A stretch of DNA of 63,261 nt, counting the filler, from Stramenopiles sp. TOSAG23-2 (Eukaryota), in NCBI GenBank assembly GCA_900128395.1. It is 8 parts of 8 records of this genome, joined end to end, with 100 filler letters (N's around TTAATTAATTAA, not from the genome) between each part and the next. Parts side by side here need not be neighbours in the genome. Positions count along the whole stretch, not along the records: positions 1 to 26,638 come from LT649429.1; 7 more parts are not named here. The stretch is one strand, 5' to 3'. This document shows, piece after piece, positions 11,858-24,253 of this stretch (positions within the stretch are counted from its first letter, which is position 1; each line of letters opens with the position of its first letter). The translations under genes and the position numbers were made by a program. The notes under the pieces were generated by a model. It made no database searches and had not been told where the DNA came from. It worked only from the letters and a program-made list of their open reading frames with translations.

Positions 11858-14041
11858 ATGGCATCTTTAGTATCTATTAGTGGTGAAAAATCATCCAATA
11901 ATAATAATAATAATAATACGACAAATGAAGATGATACTAGTTTAACATCAAAAAAAGAAAATTTTCGCATGTGGAGTGAAGTTGATCAGTATGATGAAAG
12001 TCATGTAATTAATCAGTCTATAGTCATGCGTAGCCTTGATATGGTAACTGGAAGAAGTAGACGTAGACGTAGACATTCAACTGTTATTACAGAGTTTGAA
12101 AATGATTTATTTCCTACCGATATGAATTTAACAAACCAACATGTAGAGAAACTGGTCGAAGAGATTGTCAATGGAAAAAAAATTGATATAGTGCATGTAC
12201 AAAATTTAATGAAGTCACTTACAGCCTTGCTGCGTACGAAGCCAAACGTAACAGAAATTACAGTACCAAAAGATGGTAGAATTACAGTAGTTGGAGATAC
12301 GCATGGACAGTTAAGTGACCTCGTTTATATATTGACAAGGCAAGGTATGCCAAATGAAAACAACATGTACTTGTTCAATGGTGATTTTGTCGATCGTGGA
12401 TTATTTGGTACGGAAGTATTTGTTATACTGTCTGCTTTGAAAATTGCAAATCCTAAATTTGTATTTTTAAACCGTGGTAATCACGAAAGTGAGAAATATA
12501 ATGTTATTTATGGATTTGAAAAAGAAGTTGTTGAAAAATATGATAAAAAAACATTTCATCATATCGAAACATGTTTTAATGTTTTACCATTATGTGCAGT
12601 ATTAAACAAAGAAGTATTTGTAGTTCATGGTGGACTGCCACGTAATAGGAAAATTACCTTGCGACATATCAACCATATACATCGAAACATTGAAATACCA
12701 TCAAAGCCTGACACGACGGAAGAGCAAATTATGCAAGATCTATTATGGAGCGATCCAATGGACGAATATGGAGTAGAACCAAATTCTAGAGGTGCAGGAT
12801 GTTTATTCGGTCCAAATATTACTAAAAAGTTTTTGAAGTTGAATAATTTTAAAACAATTATACGTAGTCATGAGTTAGTTGATGATGGTTATGACATAAA
12901 ACACGATGACCAATGTTACACCTTGTTCAGCGCATCCAATTATTGTGGCGATGCGGGAAACGAAGGTGCTATTATGATCTTTAAAGGTGGTTTGCACTGG
13001 AACCATCATCCAAATGAGATACACCCATATATGGCACCACGATTAGCTATAGAAAAAGGGAAAACGATGGCTGAAATAGAGGAAGCTGAACGTCAACAAT
13101 TAGAGAAAGAGAAAAACAAACGCCGCGAAGCAAGAATATACAAACTAACAGACAAATTAGCGGATTATATATTGCGGTTTCATGAAGATTTAGAGTTTCA
13201 TTTTGTAAAAGCCAATGAGAAAAGCAATGATCTTATAACGATGGAAAATTGGGCAGATATAATGAGCGATATTTTAAAGGTGAAGTTGCCATGGTTAAAA
13301 TTAAGACCTTATTTAGCACCTGATGTAGAAATCTTAGATGGGATGGAACATGTAAACTTTAGAAAGTTTTTAGCTAGGTATGTAATTGATTTTGATTACG
13401 ACCATAGCTTCTTCGACAGCATCTTAGATCGGATCAATGAAGAAATACATAGAGTGGGAGATGATTTAAAAATAGCATTTAAACGGTTTGATTTGGATGG
13501 AGATGGCAATATATCTTGTCAAGAGCTTGGCCTTGTTTTGACTGACATATGCCCAGATGTACATTTAGCATCAGAACAGATTGAACAACTATTACGTGCA
13601 ATCGATGCAGATGGTGATGGAGCAATTGATTTTGAAGAGTTTATGAAAAAATTTGGCAATAATAATAGTAATGCTGCATTAACAAATGCGACATCCACAA
13701 CGACGACGACGAAAAAGGATATTGATGTGAAATCCAGCGAAGCGGATCATTTAGATTGGAAGAAACGTCTGAAGCAACATTTGATACGTACATTTTATGA
13801 AAATAGAGCTACGTTAAATCATGCATTTCAATGTTATGACACAGATGGTTCTGGCTTTGTATCTCAAGATGAGTTTCAAAATGCAATTAAAGCACTTTTA
13901 AGTGTCGAAACTTCGATTAAAGTTCCAGATATTGAAATACAATACCTTGCAAAAACGCTAATAGAAGAATCAAAGGATGAAAGAGGTATAAACTATAACA
14001 GCTTTATCGAGAGATTTTCGAAGCAACAAATTACGTCCTAG
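11858..14041 (+). CDS. Ser/Thr phosphatase with EF-hands (PPEF/RdgC-like PPP family)
   Basis: GDTHG, GDFVDRG, RGNHE, HGG and SASNY PPP motifs; C-terminal EF-hands DLDGDGNIS, DADGDGAIDFEEF, DTDGSGFVSQDEF. Confidence 0.93.
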   Translation: MASLVSISGEKSSNNNNNNNTTNEDDTSLTSKKENFRMWSEVDQYDESHVINQSIVMRSLDMVTGRSRRRRRHSTVITEFENDLFPTDMNLTNQHVEKLVEEIVNGKKIDIVHVQNLMKSLTALLRTKPNVTEITVPKDGRITVVGDTHGQLSDLVYILTRQGMPNENNMYLFNGDFVDRGLFGTEVFVILSALKIANPKFVFLNRGNHESEKYNVIYGFEKEVVEKYDKKTFHHIETCFNVLPLCAVLNKEVFVVHGGLPRNRKITLRHINHIHRNIEIPSKPDTTEEQIMQDLLWSDPMDEYGVEPNSRGAGCLFGPNITKKFLKLNNFKTIIRSHELVDDGYDIKHDDQCYTLFSASNYCGDAGNEGAIMIFKGGLHWNHHPNEIHPYMAPRLAIEKGKTMAEIEEAERQQLEKEKNKRREARIYKLTDKLADYILRFHEDLEFHFVKANEKSNDLITMENWADIMSDILKVKLPWLKLRPYLAPDVEILDGMEHVNFRKFLARYVIDFDYDHSFFDSILDRINEEIHRVGDDLKIAFKRFDLDGDGNISCQELGLVLTDICPDVHLASEQIEQLLRAIDADGDGAIDFEEFMKKFGNNNSNAALTNATSTTTTTKKDIDVKSSEADHLDWKKRLKQHLIRTFYENRATLNHAFQCYDTDGSGFVSQDEFQNAIKALLSVETSIKVPDIEIQYLAKTLIEESKDERGINYNSFIERFSKQQITS

Positions 14042-14397
14042 GGATGATATGATTACGTTTAATATCATATATGATATACATATATGAGAGTAGGAATTGT
14101 CATGGGGGTAGAGAAATAAAAATTAAAATACGCGTATACGCTATCGTATACGGGCGATATATATTATATAGAATATAAAAAATTCTCTTACTTACTATAT
14201 ATAGATACTTCGCATAATATTATATTATGATATGTATGATACACTTCGTAATGTATTAAAATATTACGCAAAAATATGATACGGTCTTCGTAAAATATAC
14301 GAACCCGTATTATATGATGTACGAGCGTACATTAAAATATTTAAAAAAAATCATTTTAAACTCCCGACTCATCTGCTACATATCATAGAGATCTTCT

Positions 14398-16220
14398 TCA
14401 CGATCTATAATCACCATTTTCAGTTACATATTCATGTGTCAAATCAGCACCACGTACAATAGCTTCTTTATTACCATTTTCCATTCCTAAATAAACATTT
14501 ATTTTTACGCATTTTTGATGTGGTGGATAATTAATTGGGACAGGATATAAAACTTGTTCAACACCCCCATTCGTTTCATTTAAAATAATATCTGGATCAC
14601 TATCGAACATTTGTGAATCTTTCATCAATGTTTGCAATTTTGCTTCAATATCTTGATTGATTAGAAATTTACCATTATCAAAAATCAATGTATCGCCAAT
14701 TTCGATCTTCATCTTAGCCGAAGGCTCAATTCCATTATTACCTAAATAATCACCGATAGCACTTAATAATCGCCCAACATTGGGATCGTTTCCATTAATA
14801 GCAGCTTTTAGCAATGGTGAATTTACAATAGCTTTACCTACACCATTTGCTACTTCATTACTTGTTGATTCTTTAACATGAACTTTTATCACATGTTTTA
14901 CCCCTTCTCCATTTCTAACAACATCTTCGCATAAACGATCACACACTTGAAACATAGCATTTTCAAATGCTATATAGTCATTCTCATCAACCGCGTTATG
15001 ATTATTATTATGATTATTACTACTTATTGCAATTACAGTATCACTTGTACTCATGTCTGAATCTATACTAATACAATTAAATGTTTTATCAATAACACGT
15101 TTTAAAATGGTTTGCATTGAAGTTTTATCAATAGGCGCATCCGTCAATAAATATACAAGCATTGTAGCCATATTTCTATTGCAGGCATATATATAAATAA
15201 TGGTTACATGTTAGCAATGAATGTAAAAGAAATTGATGTGTGTATCTATGTATAGTAATATATATATATATATATAATCGAAGTACTTACGGTTCAACCA
15301 TACCAGCACCTTTTGCTATGCCAACCAATTTATATCCTTCTTCTTCTTCATTATTATTATTACTATTATTATTATTATTATCATCCATATCAATATGTGC
15401 ACTACGTACTTTTGGAAACATATCGGTTGTCATAATTCCTTTAGCTGCTGGTAATATTGATTTATTTTGCATATTATTTACATCACATGCTATTCCTACA
15501 TTTTCAATCATTTGTTTGACTGGTAAACTCCAACCGATTACACTGTGGAGCGTAGCGTATGAATGACAGATGTGTTAGAGAGGATAACTATTTTAGGTTT
15601 AGGGAAATAAAATTTACGTACCCGGTGCTTGAAGGTAAGACACAACACGTACTTTCATCACTATTACCATCATCATTATGCAATAATGATTGCAAACATG
15701 CATTTGCAACGTCAGTTGCATCTTGAACACCATCACTTGATGCTCGAACATTGGATATCTTATTGTTAATAACAATACCTTTCATTGCCTTCCCAGATTG
15801 TAATAATTTACGTCCATAAATGATTGGAGAGCCTGGGAATGCATTTTTAGTAAAAACGGCTCCCCAATTATTTGATGGATTATCAAGGCTAATAACAGTC
15901 ATGTTCATATTTGCATCCATAGTCGGTAATTCGACTGGATTAAAATGAAACGATGACGTACCCACTCGAAAACCTTTTGGCAATGTTGAAATACTTTCCA
16001 AAAAATTTAAATGTTCTTCCTCCGATTGAAATGTTTCATGATTTGAATGATTGGTTGTCATATATCTATTATTATTATTATTGATACAAAAATTCTTTAC
16101 ATTATAATAATAATAATTATTATTATTTGGTTGATTAAATACATTATACGATGATGAGGATGTTGTTCTAGCAGATGATCGTATTGCCTTTATTGCATAA
16201 TGTTGTCGTATTTTAAACAT
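14398..16220 (-). CDS. argJ: Ornithine/glutamate N-acetyltransferase (ArgJ), 3 exons, probable mitochondrial transit peptide
   Basis: Exons 16220-15622, 15542-15291, 15175-14398. Introns 15621-15543 (GTACGT..CTAAC..CAG) and 15290-15176 (GTAAGT..CTAAC..TAG). Splicing restores the conserved STGVIG and [14 protein letters not shown] autocleavage motifs; also [15 protein letters not shown] and [10 protein letters not shown]. Confidence 0.95.
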
Positions 16221-16978
16221 TTTTCTTTATTTATTGATATATGTAATTATTGTATCAGTTTTATATATTAATATATATAAATAAACCATCACTTCTATCT
16301 TTTTTCATAAATAAATAATAAATAAGTATATATATATATACTAGACTATACTCTGGCAAGCGCAGAGTCTTTCCTTGTGAGCTAATATAATGTGTAATAT
16401 AATAAATAATAAATGTGTAGTAATATAATAAATAATAATAATTTCGAAAAATTAATAATACCTGCTGGTTAATAATAAAATAAAATAAAAAAGAGAAAAG
16501 AGAAGAAAAGAGTCGTCTACGGTGGTAGATCTACATGTAATATTACCTGTACTGTAGCTATTATTGGATTATTGGAATTATTATACATAAGGAATAATGC
16601 AACGTGCTATTAATATTATATGTGCTAAATAGCTAATGTCTATACAGTATCTTCGCTTAATTTAACCTTACAACTAGATATTTCTGTGCTAGTGTGGCCA
16701 TGTTTCTCCAGGATATCTTGTAGCGCTACATAAACTGAGCGTGGCCGTAGAAGGTACGCCCTATCATTGTACTGGTACTATAGCTATCCGTTTCATAGAG
16801 ACGTTTGTTCATCATATGTAATTGCAACATAATACATATACATGAGATAGATTTACTTCTACTGATATATGTACAAACAATAGGAGATTAAATATCGAAT
16901 CAATCCTTAGGAACGAACATATAGATACATAATATATATAATATATAAAATATAACAAGAACATAACAACAACAAATA

Positions 16979-17962
16979 ATGGCTTGCAAATATTCTGGTT
17001 ATACACCTGGTTTCCGTACAATTCCACCAACACAAAATTTGGGTTCAGAAAATGTACATAACAAATATGGTTCTAGTGGCTTTTCTGTTGTATATGAGAA
17101 ACCGCGTATGTTGGACAATATTCGTTCCAATCGTCGTGCGGTATCACAAGATGCATCGTTAGCTTTAAATCCTACACAATACAAAGATCCTGATCGTAGA
17201 GGAGTTGCAGGTAAACGCGAGGATGCTAGGAAAGCCGCACCACGACGTAGATTTGTACATCGCAGTGCGAATAGACTGGACTTTCCAGATTTTTGGAAAG
17301 AAAAGGAAACTTTTTTATCACAATCTGAGACAAAATATCAAGCAGAATTTGACAAACACAAGACGGCAATGACAGGCAACTGCCCAACCGTAAAAGCTAT
17401 AGAAGTGTTACACGCTGTACATGGTATTGATTTGCCACCACGGTTTTTAATGATATTCACAGATGCTATTAATAGTGTTAGTACAGTTGCTGTATCTTGG
17501 GATGATTTTATAAATACAGTACGTAGTGTTAATGAACGCATTGGTATGGTAAATGTTGGCCCAGCAGAGCCATCTGCTCTATACAGTGCGAAATTGCCTG
17601 ATAAAGTGGTTGAGGCAAGAACACAGAAAAGTCGTTATAGTTCAGACATGGGTGATATGGGCCATCAACCAGGTCAACGTCCATTAATCACCTCATTTGG
17701 TGCAATGGCAACTACAACACAAGATTTACTTTTAGGAACGGCGAAAAACTCAGATCAAATACCAGGATATTCTGGTCATATTCCAAAAGGTAATGGAGAA
17801 CCAACTTTACAACCACCAAGAAGAGATATGAAGAAATCAATTAAAGATACGTATAATGTAAATGTATCTGGTTACACAGGTACAATTAAAACAAGAGAAG
17901 TTGCTATTACATATAAAACAACAAGCGGTAGCTCATATTCAGGAAAATTAATCCCAGAATAA
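16979..17962 (+). CDS. Putative ciliary microtubule inner protein with PYG-like repeats (FAM166-like)
   Basis: 327-aa ORF with YSGYTPG, IPGYSGHIP, VSGYTG and SYSG motifs. Confidence 0.55.
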   Translation: MACKYSGYTPGFRTIPPTQNLGSENVHNKYGSSGFSVVYEKPRMLDNIRSNRRAVSQDASLALNPTQYKDPDRRGVAGKREDARKAAPRRRFVHRSANRLDFPDFWKEKETFLSQSETKYQAEFDKHKTAMTGNCPTVKAIEVLHAVHGIDLPPRFLMIFTDAINSVSTVAVSWDDFINTVRSVNERIGMVNVGPAEPSALYSAKLPDKVVEARTQKSRYSSDMGDMGHQPGQRPLITSFGAMATTTQDLLLGTAKNSDQIPGYSGHIPKGNGEPTLQPPRRDMKKSIKDTYNVNVSGYTGTIKTREVAITYKTTSGSSYSGKLIPE

Positions 17963-18603
17963 ATATTTTATTTATTAAAATATAAAAAAATTTATATTTT
18001 TATTTTTAAAAAATAACTTTAAAATAAAAAAAAATAAAAAAAAATTGAAAAATGTAAAATATGAAAAAAAAAAAAGAAGAGAGAGAGAGCTGGGAAAGTA
18101 CCTGGTACGAAGTGCAAGTACAAAAAAGAAGTGAAAAACAGAAAACTAAAAAAAAGAGTGCCAGAGAGTGTATGCCAAAAGTATAGTGTGTGGAAAAAAA
18201 AAAATTAAAAAAAAATAAAAATATATTTTTACTCTCAGATTAAATTGGACGGACGTATGATATGATATGATATGATACATTTTTTATTTATCATACGTGT
18301 TTGCACATATACACACATTACATGTATTAATTATATATTTTTAAAAATACACTATTTCCTCTAATAACTATCTCTCTCTCTCTCTATATATATATATGTG
18401 AGATGATATTTAAAATGATACGTATCATATATATCTCAGTATATTAATATTATTATATCTCATCAAATGTCTCATATCACGCACACCCTTTATTACTGTA
18501 CTTCGTATCACATACCGCACTATATACATCTCAAAAACATGATATGATATGTGAAGGAATATTTCCCGACACTTCTTCCAATGACTTTATAATATTTTCA
18601 CTT

Positions 18604-19980
18604 TTAATCCAATCCTCGATATGGCTGTTGTACTTCAGGTTGTAAATCTTCCACGGAACCTTGATCGTGTTGTTGCAATGATGCTAAACTTGCAGATCTA
18701 TTTCTAGGCACAACTGGTAACGATTGCAATGTTCTTGCAAATCCACTAATATACCCATTACATTTTTCCCATTCTCTATACGGTACAAAAGCATCTCCAA
18801 TATTCGATAAATTACGTATAGTGGGATTATTAATGGATTCCAGTAAACGTGTAATAAATTCATTATCTGGATTCGTCAACACTAACAATGGTTTATTATA
18901 TTCATCTAAATGACCAAGTAAATCTATCCCGTATACTTCTCTATTCCATACCGGAATAATACTCATATTAAACTCTAAATTCGGTACAAGTATATCTTTC
19001 ACATCTTCAGGAATATTAGAATGTTTAATATGCCTTAAAACAATTTGATTTTTTAAATAACAAAACCAATTCATACGATAAAAGCCAAGGAAAAAATTGT
19101 GAAAGCTACAAAAATAATTGCACGGATTTAAGATCGATTTATCATGTATGGTTGGCCCATACAATACTAGTCCACTGATGCGATTTGGGTTCTGTTCCGC
19201 GAAATACATTGCTGCATCTGATGCACCACCATATGCACATAATAAAATTTTTATATTTCGACTTGGTCCTAAGACCCGGTCAAAAACTTCACTGAGGACA
19301 CGTTCACATCGTTGCAAACTGTATGAAACAGCAGCTAAACTGCCACTTCCAGGCAAATCAATTGCCAAAGTTCGATATTCCAATGACAATTGATCCGTAT
19401 GATATAATGATACAATGCGTGGTGCACCGATACCGGATAAAAATACAATCGTACCTTTTGTTTTATTGTTTTCACCAAAACTATCAAAATGCTCATATAT
19501 ATGTTGTCCAGATAATAATTCTTCTAATAATGCATCACCGAAAAAATTTTCACGCAACCGTTCACGTCTACTCGGTCTTAAACATACATTTAAAAGTGTC
19601 AATGCTAAAAATGGCCCAAAAAAGCCAAATGCAATTAAGCTAATCCATACAGAATCATCGCCAAAATTAGGTTTACACCATGGCAAAATATTTGGTAATG
19701 AATTGATATTCGGATCTAATAAACATAATGAACCAGCAACTAATACAAAAAGAAATAATATCAAAAATAAAATTGGCCAAAATAAATGTGAACATCTGTA
19801 AAAAAACCTAAACCCTTTGCGCAATGCACGTACCTGACGAGGAGTTTTTGCTTGATAATATTGCCCAGATGAATCTTCCATGGAGTCAATATGGATTGAA
19901 CGAGTCGATGAGGTCAATGGCGTCCTAAATGATGAAGGCGGAGAATAAAATCCTAAATTCTCATTATTATTATTATACAT
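18604..19980 (-). CDS. Membrane-anchored alpha/beta-hydrolase fold protein
   Basis: Two hydrophobic helices, then TIVFLSG, AIDLPGSGS and FAEQNPNRISGLVL hydrolase motifs; the nucleophile elbow is degenerate. Confidence 0.75.
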   Translation of the reverse strand: MYNNNNENLGFYSPPSSFRTPLTSSTRSIHIDSMEDSSGQYYQAKTPRQVRALRKGFRFFYRCSHLFWPILFLILFLFVLVAGSLCLLDPNINSLPNILPWCKPNFGDDSVWISLIAFGFFGPFLALTLLNVCLRPSRRERLRENFFGDALLEELLSGQHIYEHFDSFGENNKTKGTIVFLSGIGAPRIVSLYHTDQLSLEYRTLAIDLPGSGSLAAVSYSLQRCERVLSEVFDRVLGPSRNIKILLCAYGGASDAAMYFAEQNPNRISGLVLYGPTIHDKSILNPCNYFCSFHNFFLGFYRMNWFCYLKNQIVLRHIKHSNIPEDVKDILVPNLEFNMSIIPVWNREVYGIDLLGHLDEYNKPLLVLTNPDNEFITRLLESINNPTIRNLSNIGDAFVPYREWEKCNGYISGFARTLQSLPVVPRNRSASLASLQQHDQGSVEDLQPEVQQPYRGLD

Positions 19981-20967
19981 ATTTTATTAATTCTGCTTCC
20001 AATAAAAAAATGTTATTACAGTAATTGTAATAGTACTACTACTACTAATAATAATGCAAAAAATTTATCTTATTTCGTGATATTATCTACTATAAAATAT
20101 AGTAATATATATTTGATGAAGAGCCGTTGGATCTATGTTTATTCAATTCAAATAATGATGATTATTAATTTTGAAGTACGAGAGAGTGTGGACATTTACT
20201 ATAAAATTTTTTATGTGGTGTATTATTTATATATAGCAACTATATATTATTTAATCTATTTAAGCACTTAAATGTATTTTATTTTTAGTAGTGATAGACT
20301 AGCAAAGATAATTTAAAAAATTTAAATTTTTTGTTTTGTTTTTTTCCTTAATTCATATAGCATAAAACTAGCACTACCTGCATTAAATATGGGAAATTAT
20401 ATCCAGCTATAATTGGAATAATATGAGCTACCTATATTACCAGGTATTCTACCAGCTAATTATAGATAGGTGTAATCATTTTGATCATTGCACCATTTTG
20501 ATATTTTGATGGACTACGAGAGTAGGACGGCACAAAAAATGAATTGATTGATCAAAATCTTTCAAAATCTTTTATTATTGTGCTATTCCGGGCAATGTGT
20601 GAAAGATTGCATCAATATTTTAGACACTATATCTACCAGGTATAATATTAATACAATGCAATAGTATTGGCTTAATAATATATCATCAATCAAAATCAAT
20701 CAACACAACAATGTACAGCAGTATAATAATACACAGCGCCACACACAGTATGATTTAAATAAATATATATCGATAGAATAAAACATAGAGTATACATATC
20801 ATATACGGAATTACCTTGTAAACATTTTCAACATTGATTCTATCGAGAATAACTCTACCTCTCTTTATCTCTTACATACATAAATTTTTCATATCGGAGG
20901 AGAAAAAGAATAATTACTTAATACTGCATATATAAATAGTATTATATACATACAAAGATTATACATC

Positions 20968-22728
20968 ATGGAAACAACAACAGGTTTAAAACGCCCTGCA
21001 AGTGAAATGTTGGATACTACTGAAGCTACCTCGAATAACGACGAATTGCCGATACAAATACCACCATCTAAAAAAGTTAATCGTGGCGATGGAAATAATG
21101 AAAACGTTCGACAGGTCCTGTCAGAATTAGTGAAACCAGAACATATTTTTTATAGTGGAGTAAGGAAAGATATAAGTAGTGATTTTAGCGGTCGAGAAGT
21201 CGAAGATCGTGGTATATTGCGAGAATATCCTTTAACACGTACAACTGAATTCCATTGTGATATATGTGGAAAAGATATAACGCATGAAGTGCGGGTCAAA
21301 TGTTTTGTTTCGCAGGCTGATATTTGCCTTGAATGCTTTAAGGATGGCAAAGAGACGGAAAAGCATAAATCAAATATGCCATATAGCGTAATTGATAATT
21401 TAACAGAGGATATGTATGAAGGTTGGGAATGTGCAGAAGAGTTAGCATTGTTAGAAGGTTTACGCTTATATGGTATTGGGAATTGGGATGATATTGCTAC
21501 ACACATAGGTACACGCAATGGCAATGCATGTAAAGATCATTATTGGAAGTGTTATTTAAAAGCAAATGAAGATGAAGATATCACGTCACCAAAAACTGAT
21601 CCGGTAACCACTACGACTACCACTACGACAACAACGACTACAACCACCACCACAACAACAGACAATGATAATAATAATAATAATAATGATGATAATAATA
21701 ATAATAATAATAATAATGATAATAATAACATGAATGGCGGTAAACAACCCGTTGATAAAAAAGCCATAATGGTCAAACATAATGCAATTAGCAATGGCAG
21801 TAGCTCAAGTAACAGCACAAGGGCAAGATCAGCAAAAGATAAATTGCCTGGAAGTGATATCAGCGGATATCTACCATTGCGTGGTGATTTTGAAGTGGAG
21901 CATGATAATGATGCTGAATTAGCTATTGCGGATATGGACTTTCCTTTAAATGATAATCCATTAGAAAGGTCTTTAAAATTGAAAATTATTGAAATGTACA
22001 ATAGTAAATTAGATGAAAGAGAACGAAGGAAACGGATGGTGGAGCGGTATGGCTTGTTGGAAGTACATAAGAACAAGCAAATCGATAAAAGGCGCCCGAA
22101 AGCAGAGCGTGATATACATGATCGTATGCGTGTATTTGCAAGATTTTTGCAAAAAAAAGAATATGACACGTTCGTAAATAATTTAATACGTGAAATGCAA
22201 TTACGTCAAAATATTGAAAAACTTAGGGAATATAGGGAAAATGGAATCCGAACTTTACACGAAGGCAGGATATACGATTTGGAAAAAGTCAAACGCGACC
22301 AGGAAGCTAAAGTACGTAAACATCGCGCGTCTACGCCGTATTTATTTAAAAACAATAGCAAAAGCGGTGGCGCGCAAAGAAATGCTCGTTATGCAAAGCG
22401 TGGGGAGGATTCAAAAAAAGGTTCCAGTAATAATAGTAATTCTAGTTCTAGTTCAAGTAATGGAAAACATAATGAAGTACGTTATGAAAAGTTAAATGTG
22501 TCTAATTTACCACAAGTTGAAAAATTAAGTGATAAGGAAAAAAAATTATGTTCAACGTTGCGTCTTGACCCAACACGTTATTTGTCTATTAAGAGTGCCA
22601 TTGTCAAAGAGTGCTTGAAACAAGGGACTTTGGGAAAAAGTAAAGCAAATCGAATTATAAAAATGGATTTAAATAAATCTGGAGAATTGTATGATTTTTT
22701 CGTATCAACGTCTGTTATTCAAAAGTAA
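20968..22728 (+). CDS. ADA2: Transcriptional adaptor ADA2 (ZZ-SANT-SWIRM)
   Basis: CDICG..CLECF ZZ finger, WECAEELALLEG..GIGNW SANT, GYLPLRGDFEVEHDNDAE ADA box and C-terminal SWIRM (LSDKEKKLC); poly-T/poly-N insert. Confidence 0.95.
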   Translation: METTTGLKRPASEMLDTTEATSNNDELPIQIPPSKKVNRGDGNNENVRQVLSELVKPEHIFYSGVRKDISSDFSGREVEDRGILREYPLTRTTEFHCDICGKDITHEVRVKCFVSQADICLECFKDGKETEKHKSNMPYSVIDNLTEDMYEGWECAEELALLEGLRLYGIGNWDDIATHIGTRNGNACKDHYWKCYLKANEDEDITSPKTDPVTTTTTTTTTTTTTTTTTTDNDNNNNNNDDNNNNNNNNDNNNMNGGKQPVDKKAIMVKHNAISNGSSSSNSTRARSAKDKLPGSDISGYLPLRGDFEVEHDNDAELAIADMDFPLNDNPLERSLKLKIIEMYNSKLDERERRKRMVERYGLLEVHKNKQIDKRRPKAERDIHDRMRVFARFLQKKEYDTFVNNLIREMQLRQNIEKLREYRENGIRTLHEGRIYDLEKVKRDQEAKVRKHRASTPYLFKNNSKSGGAQRNARYAKRGEDSKKGSSNNSNSSSSSSNGKHNEVRYEKLNVSNLPQVEKLSDKEKKLCSTLRLDPTRYLSIKSAIVKECLKQGTLGKSKANRIIKMDLNKSGELYDFFVSTSVIQK

Positions 22729-22945
22729 AAACAAGAGCGAGAGGGAATGTAGGGAGGAGGATTGAAAATATATTTCTGTGTGCTGTCAATAGAGTATTGA
22801 GCATGTATGATAGTCTTTACAACGGGAAGTAAAATTATTATGATATCACATATATATATATATATATATACAAACATCGCGATTATTAAAACTTGCGCCC
22901 CTACAATTAATTGTCTTGAGCTTTAAAATGTGCATTTGGCAAGTC

Positions 22946-24253
22946 TTATGTAATACTTTTGCCACCCGCGTCATCTCGTCCAAATTTTCTTAAGCGTAAC
23001 ATACGAACGCCATCAATATCAACATATAAAGAAATAGAACCAGTGAAGTTACCCAGTTCTTTTTCTTGATACAAATCGCGTACAGCCATAATTTCTTCAT
23101 TACTTTCAATCCCAAGTGTCTTCCAATCAACTGTCATTTTCTCAGGGACCCCGTATGGACATCGATTCCAGAGCACTACAGCCAAATCACCGTTGTAAAG
23201 TGGTTTTGACCATACGTCATAATAATTGTTACCTCCACATGCTGCTGTATGAACCAACCTTCTGCCTTGAACTCCTAATGGATCCTGGTTTATAGCAATT
23301 ACTTCTTTACTTATTAAAATTGCTTTAAATTTTGGATCTAAATTTCGAAGATCGTTGCCCATCAAAAGAGGAGCTGCCATGATTGAATATAATGCCATTT
23401 GTGATTCAGCTTGTGTGTAACTCAAAGCGAAATTTCCAATCATTAATGAATCTGGATCGTTGAAATGACCAGGTCCAGCAGCATTGATTAGTGTCTCTTG
23501 GTTGTCTCCAACCCAATCAATTATATTTAAAACGCTACCCCAATCATCTTGTACATCGTTGTACATCCTCCAAATGTTACAATGTTCAGCTATGTCTGTA
23601 TAATTGACAGTAATCCCAGCTAATCGTATATAATCTGGCCATGAGCAAGAATATATCATTTCACGGCCACTATTATTTAACTGTTTGCCAAAATATTTAT
23701 ATCCCCTATCTAAAATTTCACTTGTATGGACACTATTACATCCGTCCATTTTCACCAAGTCAATACCCCAACTTGCAAATGTTTGTGCATCAATATCCAT
23801 ATATCCAGGTAAGGTACAATTTTGATCTTTACATACACCAGGGTATCCAACACATGTTTTCGTTCCCATATCTTGATAAATTCCCAATTTCAAGTTTTTA
23901 GAATGTGCATAATCAGCTAAAGATTTCATACCTGAGGGGAACCTTGTGGCATTCCATGATAAAACATTCTGTGAATTTCGACTTGTAGACATCCATGTAT
24001 CATCAATATCGACATATTCATAACCAGCCTCTTGCCACTCAGGTTGAGAAAGAATGTCAATATGCTCTTTAATTAATTTTTCACTGACACAGCGGTCTGG
24101 AAAGGAAGTGCAATCAACTACATCCCGAAATCTTTCCCAAGCCATCCAACCCATAGGTGGCGTTCTACCTACACCGTTATCCAAACCATAGCTCGTGGAT
24201 ATACAAAAAAGAAAAAGTACAATTAAATTTAGAAAAACATGAGCATGATCCAT
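22946..24253 (-). CDS. GH27 alpha-galactosidase / alpha-N-acetylgalactosaminidase, secreted
   Basis: LDNGVGRTPPMGWMAWERF, YVDIDDTW, DLVKMDGC, WRMYND and HFNDPD motifs. Likely start is the second Met (MDHAHV), which precedes a signal peptide; the ORF extends to 24301. Confidence 0.95.
   Translation of the reverse strand: MDHAHVFLNLIVLFLFCISTSYGLDNGVGRTPPMGWMAWERFRDVVDCTSFPDRCVSEKLIKEHIDILSQPEWQEAGYEYVDIDDTWMSTSRNSQNVLSWNATRFPSGMKSLADYAHSKNLKLGIYQDMGTKTCVGYPGVCKDQNCTLPGYMDIDAQTFASWGIDLVKMDGCNSVHTSEILDRGYKYFGKQLNNSGREMIYSCSWPDYIRLAGITVNYTDIAEHCNIWRMYNDVQDDWGSVLNIIDWVGDNQETLINAAGPGHFNDPDSLMIGNFALSYTQAESQMALYSIMAAPLLMGNDLRNLDPKFKAILISKEVIAINQDPLGVQGRRLVHTAACGGNNYYDVWSKPLYNGDLAVVLWNRCPYGVPEKMTVDWKTLGIESNEEIMAVRDLYQEKELGNFTGSISLYVDIDGVRMLRLRKFGRDDAGGKSIT

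Noticed and set aside
16790-16802. X-box-like GTTTCATAGAGAC upstream of the putative ciliary gene
   Set aside because: One base short of the RFX consensus, single occurrence, and RFX is not expected outside Amorphea.
21609-21730. Poly-Thr/poly-Asn tracts and (AT)n runs
   Set aside because: Ordinary microsatellite expansions seen throughout this AT-rich genome.
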